From: Bacteroidota bacterium | Lineage (GTDB): Bacteria > Bacteroidota > Bacteroidia > Cytophagales > Cyclobacteriaceae | Assembly (NCBI GenBank): GCA_039714715.1 | Contig: JBDLIU010000001.1 | Coordinates: forward strand, 1 to 59,567 | Reading direction: 5' to 3' | Length of the DNA: 59,567 nucleotides | In this document: positions 9,519 through 16,842 of the stretch, in pieces | Layout of the letters: each line of letters begins with the position of its first letter | Numbering within the stretch: the first letter of the stretch is position 1 | Translations under genes and position numbers: made by a program | Notes under the pieces: generated by a model | The model's input: the letters and a program-made list of their open reading frames with translations, nothing else | What the model was told of the DNA's origin: nothing | Databases searched by the model: none

Positions 9519-10358
9519 TTATCTTAAAAAGAACTGATTTTCTCCTCCATGAGGATTGTGGCAATTTAAACAATCATCTATTCCGGGGACCTGATGCTCC
9601 TTATTCATAAATATGGTTGATTCCGTATGACATCCCAGGCAAAGTTCAGGAGCGGCATCTATTAGTAAACCTTTACTGCCTGTACCATGGTCTGAATGAC
9701 AAGTTGTGCAGTAATTACCGGCTACTGGACCATGTAGAAAACTATAATCCCGAACCTTCTTATCATGACATTGATAACAGGCATCTGAGGTTAATAAATA
9801 TCCGTTATCGCTACTATGTGGACTATGACAAGTGAGACATTCTCCTTTTTTGTTTTTCTTTTGATGTATAACGGTCTGTTCAGTAAGCTGCTGATCATGA
9901 CAGGTATAACAAAGCTTTTCTCCTCCTGCAATTAACAAACCTTTTTCTTCTGATTTATGGGGATTATGGCATGAAGAGCAATAACCCCCTCTAACCGGCC
10001 CATGACGCACCATATCAAAACTTGCCAGGCCAACATGGCATTCAATACATAAGTCAGGTTCTTCTTTAACTAACTGTCCCATATGTTGCTCACTATGACA
10101 ACTAGCACATTCTTTTGTCAGATAAGGGAGATGATAATATGTTCTTTTTGTGTTATCAGGAACATTTGTTGAATCCTTATTGGTTGTATCAACCTGTTTT
10201 AAGGTGTCTGCTTTAGCTGTTAATTCCGGGGATTCTAAAGGTGGAACACCATCAAAAATAGTTTTTAGAATAGCATGCCTGGCAGTTGGTGAGCATGCTA
10301 CCAACATAAGCAAAATTATACCTATTATAATGATATGTTTATTGCCCAGGTTTAGCAT
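9519..10358 (-). CDS. 9-haem c-type cytochrome lipoprotein
   Basis: Lipobox LMLVAC. CXXCH motifs: CASCH, CIECH, CSSCH, CYTCH, CLTCH, CYQCH, CTTCH, CLGCH, CLNCH. It has four di-haem modules of the same type as the 470-aa protein. Confidence 0.9.
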   Translation of the reverse strand: MLNLGNKHIIIIGIILLMLVACSPTARHAILKTIFDGVPPLESPELTAKADTLKQVDTTNKDSTNVPDNTKRTYYHLPYLTKECASCHSEQHMGQLVKEEPDLCIECHVGLASFDMVRHGPVRGGYCSSCHNPHKSEEKGLLIAGGEKLCYTCHDQQLTEQTVIHQKKNKKGECLTCHSPHSSDNGYLLTSDACYQCHDKKVRDYSFLHGPVAGNYCTTCHSDHGTGSKGLLIDAAPELCLGCHTESTIFMNKEHQVPGIDDCLNCHNPHGGENQFFLR

Positions 10359-10365
10359 ATTACCG

Positions 10366-11436
10366 TCAGGGTGTTTCTTTTATATAACCATATATACTGA
10401 GCTTATCGGGTCCGAAATTGTTAGTTACCAGGATTAGATATTGCAGTTCATAATGACTATCAACGTATTGTTCAAAATACTCAAGGCCAGTATAGCTAAT
10501 ACTGACTTTAGCGGGTAACCACATATCTCCCGGCCCTTCGTAGCTACCCCCAAAGAACATCAAGAGCCTGCCTTCTTTATCAAACATTTGCACGTTTTCA
10601 AAGGCCGCATCTACAACATATAAAATGCCTTCTTTATCTACAGCTATACCTTTAGGTCTAACAAATTGTCCTATTGATCGTCCGTACCTGCCTATTTTTT
10701 GAATATATTTCCCCTTGTGGTCATATATTTTTATGTTAAAGGCTCCAAAGTCGCTTACATAGAGTCTATTATCAGTGACATAGATATTTGTAGGTTGACG
10801 TATTTTTTCATCTTGGCTTATACCTCCATCAATCGAGTAGAGATGCTTATAAGTACTATCTTTTTGATAAACATCTATGGCGCCTTTAGCCACATTGGCC
10901 ACCCATATTTTATCTGAGGTTACAAATACATCAGTGGGTTTATCTTCAGTTGCTCCCCCGAGACTATTAACATATTCAAGGTTATTATCATAAATAACTA
11001 CCTGTTTCCTTTTAGAGTCTGCTACATAGAGATAACCCAGGGAATCAACGAATGAATTGATGGGCAATTTAAGCTGACCAAGACCTTTTGGGACAAAATA
11101 CTCAAAAGTTTTTTGATCCATATCCATTATTTCCAGACCAGCTATATCAAGATCACATAAATAGATTTTATTGCCATGCATTGTTATGCCATAAGGCTTT
11201 TTGATAGGCTTTGGAGGATCTTCGCCAACCAGAAATTTATTAAAAGAAGATTTAGGCTTTACAACATTTTCAGATGTGCTGATACTGGCAAGGTACTGTA
11301 TCCTGGCCTTATCCGGTGGTGTTGGATATACTATTGTTGGATTAGATTGCTGTGGAATTTTGTTTGCGCACGAAAAAAAGGTGATTACAAAGAATACTGC
11401 AGCAAGCAGTCTTATCCCAACCGTAATGTCTTTCAT
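10366..11436 (-). CDS. NHL-repeat beta-propeller lipoprotein
   Basis: NHL blades: LYVADSKRKQVVIYD, LYVSDFGAFNIKIYDHKG, LYVVDAAFENVQMFDKEG. The track ORF begins at a TTG (11457). The ATG at 11436 gives MKDITVGIRLLAAVFFVITFFSC, a typical lipoprotein signal, so I use that start. Confidence 0.75.
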   Translation of the reverse strand: MKDITVGIRLLAAVFFVITFFSCANKIPQQSNPTIVYPTPPDKARIQYLASISTSENVVKPKSSFNKFLVGEDPPKPIKKPYGITMHGNKIYLCDLDIAGLEIMDMDQKTFEYFVPKGLGQLKLPINSFVDSLGYLYVADSKRKQVVIYDNNLEYVNSLGGATEDKPTDVFVTSDKIWVANVAKGAIDVYQKDSTYKHLYSIDGGISQDEKIRQPTNIYVTDNRLYVSDFGAFNIKIYDHKGKYIQKIGRYGRSIGQFVRPKGIAVDKEGILYVVDAAFENVQMFDKEGRLLMFFGGSYEGPGDMWLPAKVSISYTGLEYFEQYVDSHYELQYLILVTNNFGPDKLSIYGYIKETP

Positions 11437-11552
11437 ATTACATTTGGTATAATTCAAATAATACTAATGTTGGTTGTGAGCGATTACTTTCAAATATGAA
11501 AAATAATGACCTTATAATCCATGACCTTTATCAGGTAATTATTATAAGAAGG

Positions 11553-11581
11553 ATTTAAAAAAAGGCGGGAATACCGCCTTT
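11553..11581 (-). terminator. rho-independent terminator after the tetrahaem cytochrome gene
   Basis: Stem aaaggcgg (11561-11568) / ccgccttt (11574-11581) with a 5-nt loop. On the minus strand a run of 7-8 T follows it. It lies 23 bp downstream of the stop at 11604. Confidence 0.8.
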
Positions 11582-11603
11582 AAATTAATAATTATTTTAA
11601 TAA

Positions 11604-12215
11604 TTACTTATTATGGCATGTCAGACAAAGTGCACTTCCAGCATTATCTATTCTAAGTAAATATGCGAATCCTGCATTGTGCACGTCATGGCAAGAACCA
11701 CATTCAAGAGACCCGCCAAATAGTAAATCGGCATCTATAGTGCTTCCTAAACCACTATCTTGTGTAGATGGGTTATATAATTCTCCATCTGCTGTTGCTA
11801 AGGCAGTATTGTATGTAAATGAAATTGGGTGGTCATCAGAGAGGTCAGTTCCCAGATCACCTGTTGTTACAGAGGCAGTACCAGTTGTTGTGCCTCCAAA
11901 GTTTTCTAATGCCACAGTGCCATCATGGCAGCTTAAGCAAAGCTTTGAGGAGCCACCTGGTTGGCCGGTTGTAGCATCCATTGTTCCACCACCAGTGTAC
12001 AAAGTGAAAGTTGCAGTAGATGTCACTTCATGGTTCCACAGGGGTGCGTTACCCACTGTAGTATTAGAACTGTGTGGTGTATGGCATACAATACAAATCT
12101 CAGTGTTAACTGTCCATGTTTCTCCACTGAAATCATGCGCAGACCCTGTGATTTGGGCAAACCCGTATTGCGCAATACCAAATACTAGTAAAAGGGCAAA
12201 AGTTCGTTTCATCAT
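11604..12215 (-). CDS. secreted tetrahaem c-type cytochrome, stand-alone copy of the N-terminal four-haem region of the 567-aa cytochrome
   Basis: Signal peptide ending FAQ. Motifs CIVCH, CLSCH, CGSCH, CLTCH. It aligns by eye with residues ~25-215 of ORF 3387-5090: HDxS, C(I)xCHTPH, PLWN, GQPxGS..LCLSCHDGT(I/V)AL, DLSDDHP(I/V)SFTY, ALAT(A/S)DG. Confidence 0.9.
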   Translation of the reverse strand: MMKRTFALLLVFGIAQYGFAQITGSAHDFSGETWTVNTEICIVCHTPHSSNTTVGNAPLWNHEVTSTATFTLYTGGGTMDATTGQPGGSSKLCLSCHDGTVALENFGGTTTGTASVTTGDLGTDLSDDHPISFTYNTALATADGELYNPSTQDSGLGSTIDADLLFGGSLECGSCHDVHNAGFAYLLRIDNAGSALCLTCHNK

Positions 12216-12296
12216 GTTTTGGTTTTTGTTAAACTTAAAATAAAAAAAAGTCTGGTTGAGGAGTGTTTTAGATTGTTGTTTTTCATTACGTTTATA

Positions 12297-12340
12297 GTGT
12301 AAATTTCGTTAATAGGCATTATTTACACCCTATTTACACC
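12297..12340. promoter_or_regulatory. candidate operator upstream of the tetrahaem gene: inverted repeat plus tandem direct repeat
   Basis: GTGTAAAT (12297-12304), 16 nt, ATTTACAC (12321-12328). TATTTACACC also occurs twice in tandem (12320-12329 and 12331-12340, 11-bp register). The element lies 82-125 bp upstream of the start at 12215. Confidence 0.35.
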
Positions 12341-12635
12341 AATGATCTATTTCGGCATATTAATGATATATATCAATTAGAAACCGTAAAGATTCTTAAA
12401 TAGCGAAGGATTAAAGGGTGCTTTTTAAATGCGATAATTTATATGTTGAGCTCAATTGATTAATTATCCTTAATGAGGATTATAGGGTAGTACCCAAGTG
12501 GCAAGATTGCTCATGAGGCTGGTATAGAAGTATTATAATACTATACTAATTATCATTTACTCTGCTATAAACTAGCTTTAGTTTATATTAATCGTGTTAG
12601 AGTAGTTGCTTTAAATTTGATATAATTAAGCCGTT

Positions 12636-13316
12636 TTACTTAAGAATTTTCGCTTCTTCTATAATAATTTCATAGAAATAACCTGAGCCCAGGTTTTTGT
12701 TTAGTACAACCTTACCTTCTATTACCAATACCTTTCCAATTGTTGTAATTTCATTAGTTGTAACAGTAATGTCATTTTTTTCGGGTTGGTCATCTTGAAG
12801 ATGTAACCAGTTTTTACCCATAATTCCTACATTGTACTTAGCCACTCTACCACTTATTTTTACGCTTTGGCCTTCATATTTATTTTTGTTGGTTAGGAGT
12901 TCGCTTATAGAAATTCCTCCCTCTGGTACAATAATTTTTATACCTGGATCTGCTAAGGCTAGGGCACTTTTTTTTGCTTGTTCCATCGTTTTGGCGCTTT
13001 GAATGCCCTGTAGAAAGAAAATAGAATCGAAGACCCTATCCAGTTCAGTGCTTTTAAAACCCCTCATTTCAAAACCACCTGTGTAATAATATTCTTCTCC
13101 TATAGCTGCTTCAATTCTGGGCAAAGCAAACCATTGTAAATTACCATTTTCATTACCCAATAAATAGGTGTATGAGGTTGTTTGCAAAACCTCCTCTACC
13201 AGGATTTTATTAATATTAGATGACTTATGAGCGTTATTTTGTGCATCATTTTGTGCAAAAGAGATTAAACTTATCTGCAATAAGATTAAGGTGAGTGTAT
13301 GCTTTTTATCGATCAT
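12636..13316 (-). CDS. secreted hypothetical protein, possible C-terminal OB-fold-like domain
   Basis: Signal peptide ...LISFAQ. The C-terminal segment YEGQSVKISGRVAKYNVG...VLVIEGKVV resembles small OB-fold (tRNA_anti-like) proteins. No catalytic motif was recognised. Confidence 0.5.
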   Translation of the reverse strand: MIDKKHTLTLILLQISLISFAQNDAQNNAHKSSNINKILVEEVLQTTSYTYLLGNENGNLQWFALPRIEAAIGEEYYYTGGFEMRGFKSTELDRVFDSIFFLQGIQSAKTMEQAKKSALALADPGIKIIVPEGGISISELLTNKNKYEGQSVKISGRVAKYNVGIMGKNWLHLQDDQPEKNDITVTTNEITTIGKVLVIEGKVVLNKNLGSGYFYEIIIEEAKILK

Positions 13317-13352
13317 TTTTTAATCTTGTTAATATGTTTAGAAAGCTTAAGT

Positions 13353-15416
13353 TTATTGAACCAATATTAAAGGATGAGACCATATCCAGGCTCCGGTTAT
13401 GGCTTTCCATTTTTCTTCACCAGTATTAATGTCAAGACCATACAGATTACCATCGTTAGACCCAAAAAACACTTTACCGTCAAAAACAGAAGATCTTGAA
13501 GCAATAGCACCATCAGTTTCAAATTCCCATAATAATTTTCCAGTGTTTGAGTTCAGGCAATAAAAAACTTTATCCCAGCTTCCGAATAATATTCGTCCAT
13601 TGCTAACAGAAACACCTGCAGAAATCATGCCCTTAGATTCAAATTCCCAAATTTTATCACCATTATCGGCCTTCAAACAATATAATACTTGATCAGTTGA
13701 GCCAAAATACACTTTATTATCAATAATATATGGTTTGGCCCAAACCTTATTTCCTGTCTTGAATTTCCATTTTACTTTACCGGATTTTGCATCAAGACAA
13801 TACAAGTATTTGTCTTTGGATCCAATATATATCTTGCTATCACTGAATGCTGGATTAGACGAGATCCAGTTACTGGCCTCAAAGTCCCAGATTTTCTTTC
13901 CTGATAATACATCTATACAATAAATGTGCTTATCTCGTGAGCCAAAATATACTTTATCATTTTTAATTAATGGGCTTGAGTAAACCCAGTCATTGCAAAT
14001 AAACCTCCAGATTTCCTTACCGGTATCAGTTGATAAGCAATATAGATTATTGTCTGTAGACCCAAAAATAACTCTTGATTTCTCAATAGCAGGGCTCGAA
14101 TGAATCCATCCCCCAGTTTTCACTTTCCAAATAGCTTGGCCAGTAACAATATCCACGCAGTACATAAAGCCATCCTTGGAACCAAAGTAAAGTCTATCAT
14201 TGTAAAGTGTTGGATTAGTAGTGACAGCCCCACCAGTTGGAAATTTCCATAGTATTTCACCAGAGTTATTGTCCAAACAATAAATGTTTTTATCCCAACT
14301 ACCGAAGAAAATCCGATCATCAGCAATCAGACCACTCGAAGAAACTTCTCCTTTGGTGTCAATCTCCCAGAGTTTTTGTCCCGTCATAAAATTTAGACCA
14401 TACAGCTTATTGTTGGCAGTGCCAAACATAACCATTTTGCCCACTATACGAGGATTTGATCGTGACCATGCACCTATGTTAGTCTTCCAGACTTCTTTTC
14501 CTGTCTTAACATCAAGGCAATAAAAGTTTTGGTCTTTAGAACCAAAATAGATTAACTCATTTTTAATAACAGGACTAGACCAAACCCAGCCTAAAGTTTT
14601 ATAACGCCACTCCAGAACACCTGTCAAGATATTAACAGCATATAAGTATCCGTCTTTTGACCCAAAATAAATTTTATCATTTTCATAAGCAGGTTTTGAA
14701 TAAATCCACCCATTAGTTTCAAATCGCCAGTTAAGGGTGCCATCTTGCGCATTTATGCTATATAAGTAGTTATCTTTTGACCCTGCATAAACTGTTCCGT
14801 TTACGACCATTAAACTTGAATGAATCCAATTATTGGTCTTAAATTTCCAGTTTGCTTTACCACTAACAGCACTTAAGCAATATAGAGTATTATCTTTTGA
14901 TGCAAAGTACACCTTATTATCGTATAATACGGCACTTGTATAGATCCAGTCATCAGTATGATATCGCCATATTTCCTTTCCAGTAGCTAAGTCAAGACAA
15001 TAGAAATTTCTATCCTTAGAGCCAATATATACTTTGCTGTCTTGAATTATTGGGCTAGCGTAAACCCAATCTTCGGTTTTAAATCTCCATAATTCATTTC
15101 CATTATTAATGTCAATACAGTATATACTATTGTCTGATGACCCAAATATTGCTTTGCCATTATACATAGCAGGACTTGAATGAATCCAACCCTCAGTACT
15201 AAATTTCCAAACTTCTCTTTTTGAAGTTATATCAATACAATACAAATTGTTATCGTATGATCCAAAAATAATACGCCCTTTGGGTATCCCTGTACTAGCA
15301 GAATCGGTCAATTCTGAATATGGGAATAATCCAATTAACAGGTTTACGAAGATTAACGGTATATAGTTAATCATACCAATTATTAGGTTGCTGTACATTG
15401 ATAACACAAATGACAC
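13353..15416 (-). CDS. PQQ-like (BamB-type) beta-propeller repeat protein, 16 tandem 40-aa blades, N-terminal hydrophobic anchor
   Basis: From residue ~49 to the C-terminus there are sixteen consecutive 40-aa units of the form (I/V)(Y/F)FGSxDxxLYCLDxxTGKExWxFxTxxWIxSSPxxxxxK with no indels. This is typical of the PQQ_2/BamB repeat class. Confidence 0.8.
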   Translation of the reverse strand: MSFVLSMYSNLIIGMINYIPLIFVNLLIGLFPYSELTDSASTGIPKGRIIFGSYDNNLYCIDITSKREVWKFSTEGWIHSSPAMYNGKAIFGSSDNSIYCIDINNGNELWRFKTEDWVYASPIIQDSKVYIGSKDRNFYCLDLATGKEIWRYHTDDWIYTSAVLYDNKVYFASKDNTLYCLSAVSGKANWKFKTNNWIHSSLMVVNGTVYAGSKDNYLYSINAQDGTLNWRFETNGWIYSKPAYENDKIYFGSKDGYLYAVNILTGVLEWRYKTLGWVWSSPVIKNELIYFGSKDQNFYCLDVKTGKEVWKTNIGAWSRSNPRIVGKMVMFGTANNKLYGLNFMTGQKLWEIDTKGEVSSSGLIADDRIFFGSWDKNIYCLDNNSGEILWKFPTGGAVTTNPTLYNDRLYFGSKDGFMYCVDIVTGQAIWKVKTGGWIHSSPAIEKSRVIFGSTDNNLYCLSTDTGKEIWRFICNDWVYSSPLIKNDKVYFGSRDKHIYCIDVLSGKKIWDFEASNWISSNPAFSDSKIYIGSKDKYLYCLDAKSGKVKWKFKTGNKVWAKPYIIDNKVYFGSTDQVLYCLKADNGDKIWEFESKGMISAGVSVSNGRILFGSWDKVFYCLNSNTGKLLWEFETDGAIASRSSVFDGKVFFGSNDGNLYGLDINTGEEKWKAITGAWIWSHPLILVQ

Positions 15417-15525
15417 CTCAATAAATGATATATAAAATGATCTTTATCAATGATTAGTTTAAGTTCTGAAAACAAAGTATTTAATTGTGTATTCTAAAAA
15501 TGGTTAATAGAAACCATACTGTTTG

Positions 15526-16842
15526 TTAGAATTCGATTTCTAATAGATCTCCGCTAAGCTGGAATAAGGCTAGCTCGGCAATCTTAGCACTGTATTTAGC
15601 CCTGTTATAATTAAGCTTGGCATTAAGCAGGTTGAGTTGTGCCTGCCTGAACTCTATGGAAGAAATCTGTCCTAAAGAATGTTGCTCTGCAGACCTGTTG
15701 AAGTTTAACTGATTTGTTCTTAAATTAGTTCTTTCTGCTTCTAATATAAAAAGGGCTGTTTCATAAACATTCCACGCATTACTTACATTACGTTGAAGTG
15801 CTAATTCAGTTTGCTCTAAAGCAATTCCCTGGTTATCAAGGGCAATTTTAGAGTTTTGCTTCCTGATATTGGTAGCTCCTCCATCGAAAATATTCCAACT
15901 AAGAGATAATCCAACAGAGGGTCCAATATTAGTCATTTCAGGAACAAAAGATGTGACACCCCGATTACTATAATTGTAAGCGTAGCTGGCGTTCAGTCCT
16001 AGTTTTGGAATGGCAGAAGCACTTGTATTTTTAATATTAAGTTCAGCATTTCTAATACCACTTTGTGTCATCAGTAGTGTGACATTATTTGTTCTGGCTT
16101 TATCTTGGATAGTTTTTAAGGTAATGTCACTAGCATATGCAATCGTAGTATCAACCTCATAGGTTACCTCGATATCTCTTCCTAATAGCAGGTTTAGATT
16201 TCTTTTTTCATTTTCAAGTTGCTGTACAATAGTAAGATAGCTTATACTGTCTGTATTATAATCTACTTCGGCATTAAGTACATCTAATTGAGTGTTTTGT
16301 CCGAAATCTGAACCATACCTGGAGCGCTTAAGCCTGTCACGTGAGATGTCCAGCGTTTGTTTTTGATTAATTTCATTTTCAGTTAACCTGGCAATTTCAT
16401 AATACCCGGAAAATATATTTATCAATACATTTTCAATAACAAACCTGGACTGGAGTTCAGAGAGGTTGTAGTTTTCTTTAAGCATCATGAAAGCGTTTTG
16501 TCTCCCAAAACCATCAAATACAGTATAATTGATTCCCACTGATGCTCCATAGCCACTGGTAGCGATCCCATCTATATTATTTACAGTACCATCACTTCGA
16601 GTCATTTCTGTGTCAGATATAGCATAATTTGCAGATCCATTAGCCGAAACAGATGGAAGATACCTGCTATTCTTAATGTCAGCATTATTCCTGGCTACCG
16701 CTACATTATTATCAGCAGATTTTATATCGAAATTGTTTTCCAAAGCAATTTTTATTGCTTCATCCTTTCTTAGTAAATCCTGGGCATTAAGTGTACTGCT
16801 AAATGCCAATAGAACAATATATATTAATCCTTTATTCAACAT
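15526..16842 (-). CDS. TolC-family outer-membrane efflux protein
   Basis: Signal peptide, 438 aa, with a two-repeat coiled-coil/barrel pattern typical of OMF proteins. It overlaps the upstream RND pump gene by 11 bp. Confidence 0.85.
   Translation of the reverse strand: MLNKGLIYIVLLAFSSTLNAQDLLRKDEAIKIALENNFDIKSADNNVAVARNNADIKNSRYLPSVSANGSANYAISDTEMTRSDGTVNNIDGIATSGYGASVGINYTVFDGFGRQNAFMMLKENYNLSELQSRFVIENVLINIFSGYYEIARLTENEINQKQTLDISRDRLKRSRYGSDFGQNTQLDVLNAEVDYNTDSISYLTIVQQLENEKRNLNLLLGRDIEVTYEVDTTIAYASDITLKTIQDKARTNNVTLLMTQSGIRNAELNIKNTSASAIPKLGLNASYAYNYSNRGVTSFVPEMTNIGPSVGLSLSWNIFDGGATNIRKQNSKIALDNQGIALEQTELALQRNVSNAWNVYETALFILEAERTNLRTNQLNFNRSAEQHSLGQISSIEFRQAQLNLLNAKLNYNRAKYSAKIAELALFQLSGDLLEIEF

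Noticed and set aside
11677-12243. 188-aa plus-strand ORF (and 11961-12188) overlapping the tetrahaem cytochrome gene
   Set aside because: It is entirely antisense to a CDS with four CXXCH motifs and a signal peptide. The translation is Pro/Ser/Val-rich with no motif. This is typical shadow-frame read-through.
13353-15416. 16 x 120-bp DNA tandem repeat / assembly artefact
   Set aside because: The periodicity is exact only at the protein level. The nucleotide copies differ extensively in codon choice and residues, so this is an old repeat protein, not a collapsed or expanded assembly repeat.
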